DNA of 64,000 nt from Schmidtea polychroa. Lineage: Eukaryota. Location of the stretch: the NCBI GenBank assembly GCA_044892525.1, contig CM097885.1, positions 18,540,001-18,604,000 on the forward strand, given 5' to 3'. Both the position numbers and the translations under genes were made by a program. Shown piece after piece: positions 52,848-64,000 of the stretch. The notes under the pieces are model-generated. The model saw only the letters and a program-made list of their open reading frames with translations, did not search any database and had not been told where the DNA came from. The stretch's first letter is position 1; every line of letters starts with the position of its first letter.

Positions 52848-54655
52848 ATTGTTCTTTAGCAAAAGCTGTGAAAACCTTAACTACTTTTCCTTTGACTTCG
52901 TCTGTCTTTCAAGGGTCGATGATTCACTCTAAAGGTATCTTTCCATATAATTTCGCCACTTCTTTAGATGTTCTTGAATCGACTTTAGAATTACCTCCTA
53001 TTTGGTCTGATGTTACGGAAGATCAGTACGCTGAGGCTCAACTAATTTGGAGTCAGCATAACTGTAATAATTTGTTAGATTATATGTTAATCTACCTAAA
53101 ATTGGACGTATACCTCCTCGCAGATTATTTTCAGCAATTCCGCGGTAAGGCAATTGCTTACAATGGTCTGGATCCTCTTAATTTCTACGGGATTCCCGGT
53201 ATGTCATGGGCCTCAGCGCTTATGACATTAACGGAACCAATAGAACTTCTGCAGGACATGGAAATGTATAATTTCTATGAGGGAGGTATCCGGGGTGGGT
53301 TAACATTTGTTAACAAACATTACACGGCTACTTCAGATGATACAGAATTATTGTACATTGATATAAATAATCTGTATGGTTGGGCTCTTAGCCAAAATCT
53401 TCCGTATGGTGATTTTTCTTGGGTGAATAATAACTTGAATGATGTTTTACTTGAATGTATGAACACGGATATTGATAACCTTCCATATGGGTATACTATG
53501 GAGGTCGATATCGATATTCCGGAATGTGTGCATGACTTTTTGAATGATTTTCCGCTTGCGCCGGAAAAGTTGTGCCCGCCTAATTCAAAAGTTGAGAAGC
53601 TTATGCTTACGCATTGGCCAAAGAGGAACTATGTTCTTCATTGGAGGCTTCTCAAATTGTATATAGAATTAGGTGCGGTTGTTGTAAATATTCATAGGTG
53701 TATAAAGTTTAAACAAGGACCTATCTTTAAATCCTACATAGACACCAACACCACTTTACGATCTCAGTCTACTAGCGAGATATATAGGGACTTGTTTAAA
53801 TTGTATAATAACTCTCTTTACGGTAAATCGGTTGAAAATTTGAAAAAAAGAATGAATTTGAGGTTGTGTAATTCATCCGAAAAGATGATAGTATACTCCT
53901 CAAAGCCGACTTTCAGAAAGTCCATAAGAATCGATCAAGATCTGATTGCGGCACATTTGGAAAAAGATGTGATTTGTTTAGACAGACCTAGCTACATTGG
54001 TCAAACAGTACTAGATCTGTCTAAACTGCGGATGTACCAGCTCCAATATATTGATTTGGAGAAGTACAGACGCCAATATAAATGTATCATAAATATTATT
54101 GCCGGTGATACCGACAGTTTTTTTTTGGAAATAAAAAATTTAAAATTAACAACTTTATTACCTCAGATGATCTCAGATAATTTATTGGATACGTCAAATT
54201 ACGATCCAACCCACCCCTTGTATAGTAGGAACCTTGACTCGGTCATCGGGAAGTTTAAAGATGAGAGCAAGGGATTAGGGTATTCTGAATGGGTTTTCTT
54301 ACGCCCTAAATGTTATAGTCTTTTAGGTAGTAAGGAAACGGTAAAAGCGAAGGGGGTTAAATTATCTGGGACATCAATAACTCATGAAACATATCTAAAT
54401 TGCTTTAATTCAAATCAGGTGATTTCTGTACCGCAGACTAGAATAGGTACTAGAAATCACCAACTTTTTACTTTTAAAAATTCGAAAATTGCCCTAAGTA
54501 ATAATGATGATAAGCGCGCGTGGCTAGGGAAAAACTTAAGTTACGCATTTGGGCACTATTTAGGAGTTGACGAATTAAGCGAATATGATGAGGAATTCAG
54601 TGCAGCTCCAAGTCCCAGTTTTGACGACAGCGAATGGGACGAAGATCAAATTTAA
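52847..54655 (+). pseudogene. POLB: PolB (C), C-terminal ~600 aa only
   Basis: Starts mid-gene at (N)CSLAKAVKTL; has KGIFPY, YIDINNLYG, NNSLYGK, GDTDS; terminal-protein, ExoI/II and endonuclease VII regions absent. Confidence 0.9.
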
Positions 54656-54865
54656 ATAGAAAAAACTTTATATTTTTGATTTATAAAAACTTGTATAGTG
54701 ATTTCATGATTTATAAAAAATTGTATAGAAACTTTTATTTAAAAACTTGTACAAAAACCTGTATATTGTATAAAACTTGTATTTATATATACATATTCAA
54801 TAAAATTTTTAATCAGATTTTTTAAGTATTTGGTGTTTTATTATAATTTTTTATATTTAATGGTG

Positions 54866-55015
54866 ATTTTTATATAGTCTGCAGTGAGCATGCAGCTATA
54901 TGTTTTTTTATATAGTCTGCAGTGAGCATGCAGCTATATGTTTTTTTATATAGTCTGCAGTGAGCATGCAGCTATATGTTTTTTATATAGTCTGCAGTGG
55001 GCATGCAGCTATATC
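54866..55015. repeat. Four ~38-bp tandem imperfect palindromes
   Basis: TATATAGTCTGCAGTGAGCATGCAGCTATAT units separated by T runs. Confidence 0.85.
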
Positions 55016-55053
55016 AATGAAATAATAATAATAATAATATTAATAATATTAAT

Positions 55054-55114
<61 letters not shown>

Positions 55115-55164
55115 TTAATAATAATAATAATAATAATATTAATAATAATAATATTAATAATAAT

Positions 55165-55255
<91 letters not shown>

Positions 55256-55393
55256 CTTTAAACAGGTTGCAAAGGGTACTAGTCATGCTTATTATTGTTA
55301 TACATTTGATGGTTACATTTTGAAAGCTCTATTTTGATTGGTTATCACAATTTTTATAAATGTAAAAAAACAAAAGTAATTTAGTTATTAATA

Positions 55394-56021
55394 ATGATTT
55401 ATACAAATAAAACCGATGAATGTGTAACACATTTGGTAACTTTATTATTTTGTCAATATTTTTTTTATATGTCATTTATAGCAAGGAAGAAATAAGGAAA
55501 AATTAAGTCCGACCGATTCCGAAATTTCAATGAAATTTTTTAACAATACACTTGAAGATTTTATAAATAATCATGATACTTACAGCGATAAGCAACTCAT
55601 AAATATTTTAAAAATTTTCAAACATTCCTCTATTGAATATTTGTTTGATTTATTTAATTATGAGAAATCCATTTTAAAGTTATCTTGTTATTTAATGTAC
55701 TTAGAAAAAATAGCAGTAAACAATGATTCGCTGAATGAATACTTTTGGAGTTGTATGTTTTTAAGGTTGAAACCTGGATATAGTAGATTCATTTATGAAT
55801 GGATAGCGAAAGCCGATTTGATTGAAAATAAGCTAACGAAAAAACTGAGCGATGTTAAGAAAAGGTATTTAACCTGTTCAATTTGTAAAGAAAATCGAGT
55901 TTCGGTTTTGTATTTACCGTGCGGTCACGTAATTGTTTGTTCTAAGTGTAACGAGAAGAATGTTCGCAAGTGTCAAGCTTGTTCAACACTGATTAATGAA
56001 TATCATACTATATACATGTAA
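55394..56021 (+). CDS. IAP/MDM2-type C-terminal RING finger protein (C), join(55394..55435,55482..56021)
   Basis: CSICKENRVSVLYLPCGHVIVCSKC..CQAC..IYM at the extreme C-terminus; the 46-bp intron keeps frame; no BIR domain seen. Confidence 0.82.
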
Positions 56022-56028
56022 ATAAATA

Positions 56029-57256
<1,228 letters not shown>

Positions 57257-57616
57257 TCCATCTTTAAATAAATCATTAACAGCTTTAGACATTTCATCTG
57301 CAGATTTTGCCTTGACGGGTATTGCTCGGGCAAACCGACTGAATACATCAATACATGTTAAAATATATTTATACCCATTGTTAATTTTCGAATAAGGTAT
57401 CATCTCCATCAAATCCATTTGCCATAAATCATTTATTCCATATGTTTTATATACTCTTGTTGGGAATCGTTTCTGCATTGGTTTGTTCAAACTGTACGCA
57501 AGCTGGTCTGATAACCACTTCTGGGTTTCCTTTTTCGAATTCGGAACTCTTTTGTTTAATTTTGCCACTCCACCGAAACCGGCTTCGTCTTCTGGGTTCG
57601 TCCAAATCTTCTCCAT
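57257..57616 (-). pseudogene. INT: Integrase of B, 5' part
   Basis: MEKIWTNPED..WQMDL..IDVFSR..LFKDG, then the C terminus sequence. Confidence 0.92.
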
Positions 57617-57674
57617 TACAACAAGAAGATTTAATATTAAATTTAATGTCTGGTAATGAAGGATTAGCACCCAT
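57447..57674 (-). CDS. Overprinted MGANPS..CC small protein (B)
   Basis: 75-aa ORF in an alternative frame across the integrase start; conserved with C. Confidence 0.62.
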   Translation of the reverse strand: MGANPSLPDIKFNIKSSCCNGEDLDEPRRRSRFRWSGKIKQKSSEFEKGNPEVVIRPACVQFEQTNAETIPNKSI

Positions 57675-57677
57675 TGT

Positions 57678-58172
57678 TTATGATCGACTTCCTATTATTC
57701 CACCTAATAATGATATTGCTAAAGGTATCAATGCACCGATAAATCCCCCTTGTTGTTTATATATAATTTTTCTCATTTGTTGACGATTTTTATTATTTAC
57801 TAATGATAGCAAAGGTTTCCTATGTTTACTCAATAATTGCTTTTTAGATTTACTGATTTTAATCTTACCTTTCACTACTTTAAGTATAATATCGAGTAAA
57901 TCATCGACAACATAATTTGGAAAAGATTGCAAAATACTGTTTCTTTTCATACTGGGTGCTTTTAACAATGTATTGAAAAACGGGAAACTCCGATGATTTT
58001 TAACAACTTTTACTTTCTTAGTGGTTTTACTTTTAGTTTTAGGTTTAGGATTTTTCGAAATGAGATTCATTGCAAGAAAATTTTCTGTAATAAGTTCTTT
58101 AGATGGAGTATAACTAGTTGTTGGTGGAACTTTTGGTTGTTTTTTACTCGATATCCTTGTTTTTGAAAACAT
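57678..58172 (-). CDS. Basic core protein precursor (B)
   Basis: Lys-rich; ends QQGG-FIGALIPLAISLLGG. Confidence 0.78.
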   Translation of the reverse strand: MFSKTRISSKKQPKVPPTTSYTPSKELITENFLAMNLISKNPKPKTKSKTTKKVKVVKNHRSFPFFNTLLKAPSMKRNSILQSFPNYVVDDLLDIILKVVKGKIKISKSKKQLLSKHRKPLLSLVNNKNRQQMRKIIYKQQGGFIGALIPLAISLLGGIIGSRS

Positions 58173-58185
58173 GATTTATGTGTTT

Positions 58186-58824
58186 TCAAATTTGTTTTAA
58201 ACTTTGTTTATATACCATGGCGCCTTTTGGGTTGAAAATATCTGTTTTTACCCGTATATCATCAGGACATTGTTGTGTGAAATCGAGAAATATATACCCA
58301 TGAGGTATTTTCGTAGCATCTTGAAATGCACTGATAAGAAAATTACGGTTATTAGGGTATGCTTGTCGTCCAAGAAAATCGATGACAGTTGCATCTCTAG
58401 GATTCTTGAAAATAACTAGATATTGTACATTTAAATTACGTGTTCGATGTGCACCACCTTGATGAAATAGATTTTGTGTTATGAAAATAACTGTTACACC
58501 AATATGTCTGCTGATTTTTGTGAATAAATTATTAAAATCCTTTTCTTTATTGGCTTCTTGATACAAATCATCGATAATGATGACATCATCTTTTTTCAAA
58601 CGACTTGACCAGTTTTTATCAAAACCCTTTACTATTTTCATGTTTTTCAATTGACAGAAACTTGATTGAGTCAATCCATGTTCTTCATCGGCGCCCCTAT
58701 GCCAATAAATATTGTTGAATTTTGTTTTGAACAAATTAGATTTTAGTAATTTACAAACAAATAATGTTTTTCCACTACCACTCGGACCAACGATTTGGTA
58801 TACTGCATCATTTCGTAATTCCAT
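58186..58824 (-). CDS. ATP: Packaging ATPase (B)
   Basis: GPSGSGKT, IIIDD, ITQNLF. Confidence 0.93.
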   Translation of the reverse strand: MELRNDAVYQIVGPSGSGKTLFVCKLLKSNLFKTKFNNIYWHRGADEEHGLTQSSFCQLKNMKIVKGFDKNWSSRLKKDDVIIIDDLYQEANKEKDFNNLFTKISRHIGVTVIFITQNLFHQGGAHRTRNLNVQYLVIFKNPRDATVIDFLGRQAYPNNRNFLISAFQDATKIPHGYIFLDFTQQCPDDIRVKTDIFNPKGAMVYKQSLKQI

Positions 58825-58928
58825 TTTTTAAATTTAAACTATATAATTATTGTTTATATTGATAATTTAAATGAACTCCTTTTTAAAATAACTATATATA
58901 ACAGAGTTTTTATAATTATTTCATTAAA

Positions 58929-59393
58929 ATGCTTTCAAATATAAATTACAGGGCAAAAGCTGATGTATCAAAAATGGTATTTCCAATGGGGAAACCACAA
59001 CAACTTATCAATAGAAGTAAAAAATATCCAATAATATATTTCAAAACTGGTAAATGTAGAATTATGGGGTGTAAGGAAATAATCAAAGCTAGTGAATATA
59101 ATGTTTATGATTTAGAAATACAATCGATAACCGTAACTTCCGATATAGGTTTTTCTTGTAATTTAAATAATTTGGCTAAATTAATACCATGCTTTTACGA
59201 ACCAGAATTATTTCCAGCTTTGAGATATATAAAATATAACCCTATGTGTGTAAATATATTCGCTAGCGGTAAGATAGTAATTCTTGGAATAAAAAATATT
59301 GATTACAAATGTATAGTTGATAATATCATATCTGAAATTAAATCAATAATTGAAGGAAAAGAATTTTTAGATTTTTTATTATCACTTAATTAA
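58929..59393 (+). CDS. TBP-like protein (B)
   Basis: YFKTGKCRIMG; YEPELFPALRY..NIFASGKIVILG. Confidence 0.85.
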   Translation: MLSNINYRAKADVSKMVFPMGKPQQLINRSKKYPIIYFKTGKCRIMGCKEIIKASEYNVYDLEIQSITVTSDIGFSCNLNNLAKLIPCFYEPELFPALRYIKYNPMCVNIFASGKIVILGIKNIDYKCIVDNIISEIKSIIEGKEFLDFLLSLN

Positions 59394-59514
59394 TTATTTA
59401 TCATTGCAAATTCAATGCAATTAAAATGCATGATTCTGATTGGTCAAAATCTAATTGGCTGATGATTATTTATAACAAAATGTTTTCGGTTTAGTTGTCA
59501 TTTATTCAACAAAA

Positions 59515-59924
59515 ATGTACAACATACAAAGTTCCGCAATCACCTCAATGAAAGAGCATGCAAATTATGGTAATTTCAAATTTTTATTATTACATTAATA
59601 TATATATTTTTTACAGATGAATATCAATCAATTATCCTGCAAAGATTATGCTTCTATTATCCAGAATTAAATGAAATTCTACAAGATAGAGATCCAGCTA
59701 TCATTCCGGATTTGGTATACAACCAAACTCGAATCTGGATATTCGATATAATAAACACCTTTCTATGGGATATCAAGATAGGAAGGGGGATGAAAGAAAT
59801 GAAAGCAGAGGCTCCTTGCATTTTCGGATGTAGCTGTTGCAATTTCCGTTATCAACAATATGTTGAATGGTGTTTGGTGAAGACTCTGAGAAATCATCAC
59901 TCGAGTCAGATTGTATCAAAATAA
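59515..59924 (+). CDS. CxxGCxCC protein (B), intron 59570-59616
   Basis: Spliced ORF MYNIQSSA..YYPEL..PAIIPDL..CIFGCSCC. Confidence 0.7.
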
Positions 59925-60203
59925 ATTTTTTTATGTTGAATTGTTTTGTTTTTGTAAATCGAAATAATAGAAATAGAAATAATAATAATAGAAATAATAT
60001 AAGTAATAATAGAAATATTAGAAATAATAATAATAAAAAACAATATTTATAATAAAAACATTAATGCAACATTAATGCAAATGACATGCAATTTAAACAA
60101 AGACATGTAATTTAAACAAAGACATACATCAATCTGATTGGTTGATAAACAATAGTCATAGGTATAAAAACCCTGTACCATTTCATTTTAATCATTATTT
60201 ACG

Positions 60204-60623
60204 ATGACAAAGAAAATTTCAAGCACTGAAAAGCCAAAAGTTCTTCCAGAACTTGTACAACCTGTTCAAATGTTCCACAACTATAAAATGTATTTTTTAA
60301 AAGAAGAAATCAATATAAAATTGGTGTCACCGATCAAGCTAATTCCAACTAAATTTCAATTCTTATCCGGCACGCTTTCAATGTTAGATGTTAAATCTAT
60401 TGATGAGGTTTTCAAACGGTTGAATACGAATCTATCTTGTAATCAACATGCCTGGTTCAACAACAGATATGCAAGATTTTATGATTCATTTGATGAAATC
60501 AGTTTCAAAGAAAACGAAAATTGGTATATAACAATTGCAATCCAAGGATATAAAGTTGATAATAATGATGTGTATTCTCCAATTTGGAAAATTATGTCTG
60601 CTAGACTTTCACAACTATTTTAA
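60204..60623 (+). CDS. Conserved 139-aa 'SPIWKI' protein (B), function unknown
   Basis: Near-identical to 46625-47035; preceded by CCAAT (reverse) and TATAAAA. Confidence 0.8.
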   Translation: MTKKISSTEKPKVLPELVQPVQMFHNYKMYFLKEEINIKLVSPIKLIPTKFQFLSGTLSMLDVKSIDEVFKRLNTNLSCNQHAWFNNRYARFYDSFDEISFKENENWYITIAIQGYKVDNNDVYSPIWKIMSARLSQLF

Positions 60624-60756
60624 TGTTATATTTAATAAATGTATTAGTCATATTTGTTTTTTCTCTTTATTAATTGCAACATTAATGCAAATGACATGCA
60701 AATTTAACAAAGAAAATCTATAAACAAACTTATAATATAGTTTTAAAGTGTTATTA

Positions 60757-61091
60757 ATGACTACAGAAAAAGGTTAACATGATTAATTAAATACCGAATT
60801 ATTTATTATTTAGAATTATTAATCAACTTTTTGTTGGAAAAGTTAGCAGAAATAGCTGGTGTAAAAATTGAGGATATATTATCTATTACAAATGCCTTAA
60901 ATATCGGCTGGGTAGCTGAGAGTCAAGATTCAGGATTTGACAATCATGAAGAAACTCAAGAAATTGATGACGAAATCTATGAACCTATAGAGGAACCTAA
61001 AGATAATATTACGAATGATTGTATTGATCATGTCGTTGAAAATATAATGAAATGTGGAGATGACGATTGCGAATGTGTTAATAAATTTTAA
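60757..61091 (+). CDS. Small acidic protein (B), intron 60773-60813
   Basis: Spliced MTTEKELLINFLLEKLAE..; homologue at 46119-46412. Confidence 0.65.
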
Positions 61092-61162
61092 AATTGAATT
61101 ATTTTCATTTAAATATACTATTAAAAACAATAATATTAATTTTTATTCATATATCTACAGAA

Positions 61163-61784
<622 letters not shown>

Positions 61785-62010
61785 GTCATGCATTTTAAAG
61801 AATATCTGTACGAAAAAAAAATTCATAATTCGCACCGACTACAAAGCATTGGTTTTCATGAAAACTACAAAAACGCCAATAAGTTCGCAGTTCCCAACAT
61901 GGTTAGCTAACCTGTCGAAATATGATTTTGAACTAAAATATCGGAAAGGCGAAAAAAACTCGAATGAAGATGGACTATCAAGATTAAAAAGTATGATTTG
62001 CACCCAGTGT
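61785..62010 (+). mobile_element. Gypsy RNase H 3' part
   Basis: VMHFKEYLY..(frameshift)..KFIIRTDYKALVFM..WLANLSKYDFELKYRKGEKNSNEDGLSR. Confidence 0.9.
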
Positions 62011-62470
62011 CAAATGAGGCAACTCAACTCTATATCATTTTGTATTGAAATTAATTCCATTTCTAGCTGTGCTTTATCATATCCAAATTGGTTATTAATT
62101 ACTTCCGAGAGAGTTTCAATATTAATATTTACGAAAGGATACATAATAAATTTCACAATTGGTTCGATCTTGCGGAAATCTGCGAAGCGTTTTTCAAACT
62201 CTTCTATTAAACTACTAACAATCGGTAAATAACTTTCACAGGAAAAAGGAGTTGAACTATTATTAATCTCTTCTTTTAAATTAGGAAAGTGTTTTAAATC
62301 ATTTCTATTACGTTCATTTTCCACAGGATTAATTTTTGGCCAAAACATTGCACCGCACTTTATCATGTGCATTATATTTTTATCTTTCCCTTGCAGATTT
62401 ACATTCAAGTCATTTAACTTCACCGTAATATTAGTAAGAAACGCAAGATCTCTAAGCCATGAAACATTGC
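62010..62470 (-). pseudogene. hAT (Buster/GTF2IRD2-like) transposase fragment
   Basis: WLRDLAFLTNITVKLNDLNVNLQGK..HFPNL..EFEKRFADF. Confidence 0.8.
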
Positions 62471-62549
62471 TTAGCCCCTGATGACGTCCTTCCAAAAATA
62501 AACTTATTTGTAGTAACAATTCTCTTAAACGCTTTAAAATATTTCCTTT

Positions 62550-63846
62550 ATTTAGCCAACGAACATTTGTATGAGGCCAGTCTGCATAATAAAGAAGATG
62601 CCAACGTTACATCTGTTCCCACACCCAAATTTGAAAAAGAGCAGAATTCCACAGATGACGACGAATTAATTGATGAAGATTACGAAAATGAAAGTGGTTT
62701 ACTCATAATCGCCACTGAAAATGATGATGATAATTCTTTTCTGATACATCAGCAAATGTTACCATTAATTAAAAAAGTTCGTAAAGTGGTCAAAATATTT
62801 CGAACTTAGCCTACAAAAAATGACAAAATCCTACAAAAATATATAAAAGAAGAGTTCGGAAAAGAATTTTCTCTGGTTTTAGACTCAAGAACACGATGGA
62901 ATAGTTTGGTATCTATGATAGAACGTTTCATCAAATTAAAAAATTGCATAAAAAAGAGTCTAATAGATGATCATAATTACCTATTTTGTTTTCAGATGCC
63001 GAGTTTGAAATGTTGTCGGATATCCTTTCGGTTTTATTTCCCATTTAACTTACAGTTGAAGCAATCTGTCGACAGGATGGAACTTTGTTATCTGCAGATG
63101 CTGCTATTCAATTTATGATGAAATCAATAACTGACTATCCTTGTTCATTAGGTTATGAATTGAAAGTAGCTTTAAAAGTAAGTATTCTTGAAAGACGAAC
63201 AGAAATTTCATGTATTTTGCAATATTTACATGATGCAAACTGCAATGAATATCCAAGCGATGATGAAGTCGATAAAGATTATGAATTATTTCCGATCATT
63301 ACCAAAGCTGCAATCGCAAAAGTTATTGTTCTACAGATACAACGCCTGGGTGTGGCCAACTTGCATTATGAAACTGCACCTGTAGCAACAACATCTACTT
63401 CAGCCAACGTTTCAAATTCAGATACAAATATAATATTCAATGTCGATGATGATGAAGATGATCAAAGAAATGAAATATCTCTGAATTTACAAGAAAAGTT
63501 GGAGAGGGCAATATCAAAATAAATTTGCACCAGATTACCTGAACGTGGAATAGACCAAAACAAAAATGATCTCACACGCTCAATAAAAAAAGAAATGTCA
63601 TTTTTTGAGACAAATGGCTTAAGAGGCAAATACTTAACTTTATTATATAATTATTTGCTAAGTATTCAACCGACCAGTGTAGAATCGGAGAGAGCTTTTT
63701 CGGCAGCTGGCTTAATCTGCACCAGAATTCGGTCAAAGATAGGAGATAATTCGCTCAACAATCTATGTTTTCTGAGGTCTTATATCAACAACCAACTACA
63801 GAAAAGTAGAACCTTAAAATTTTATGTCTTCTTCCTTTTCTTATAA
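62550..63846 (+). pseudogene. hAT transposase remnant
   Basis: IKKVRKVVKIFR*PTKND..LDSRTRWNSL..PTSVESERAFS..LCFLRSY with stops and frameshifts. Confidence 0.85.
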
Positions 63847-64000
63847 TTAATATATATAACTAACATTTTACTGAGTTTTGTTTTTCCATTTTTTATTCTT
63901 TAAATAAATAAATTTAGTTTTTTTAATTGACAAGTTTTTAATTAAATTATTTATTCATTCGTTTTATTATAGGAAAAATAATAATATCGGTATTAATACC

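Noticed and set aside
52095..54655. Functional MCP-PolB fusion or programmed frameshift
   Set aside because: A TAA sits at the junction, the frames differ, and comparison with A and B shows a simple multi-kb deletion.

Overview
AT-rich eukaryotic (animal-like) genomic DNA with short (~37-75 bp) GT-AG introns and (TAA)n microsatellites; a planarian-type host is only a guess. Bases 1-16 kb are mostly transposon debris (LTRs, hAT remnants, a Rab1/proteasome-alpha chimeric retro-fragment) plus one intact-looking single-pass membrane protein gene. From 16.3 kb a decayed Ty3/Gypsy element is split in its RNase H domain by three Polinton/Maverick (adintovirus-like) elements. Each has AGTAG...CTACT termini and its own perfect 6-bp target-site duplication (TSD): A 19024-32868 (CTCGAG); B 32948-61784 (GTCATG, 79 bp from A); and C 43588-57256 (TCCATC), nested inside B's integrase gene. 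Collectively they carry the core set: protein-primed PolB, chromodomain integrase, packaging ATPase, adenain-like protease, major and minor capsid. C has lost its protease and parts of its major capsid and PolB genes. Unusual cargo: a TBP-like gene (all three), spliced Bcl-2-family genes (B, C), an IAP-type RING protein and a secreted/GPI-like coiled-coil protein (C), and an overprinted MGxxxS peptide (all three). Many genes contain spliceosomal introns, including a pure (ATT)n intron in the integrase and a multi-exon PolB. The terminal inverted repeats (TIRs) are arrays of bZIP and nuclear-receptor consensus sites. B and C have complementary defects. hAT transposase remnants end the window. 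All calls come from motif reading by eye; no database search was run.
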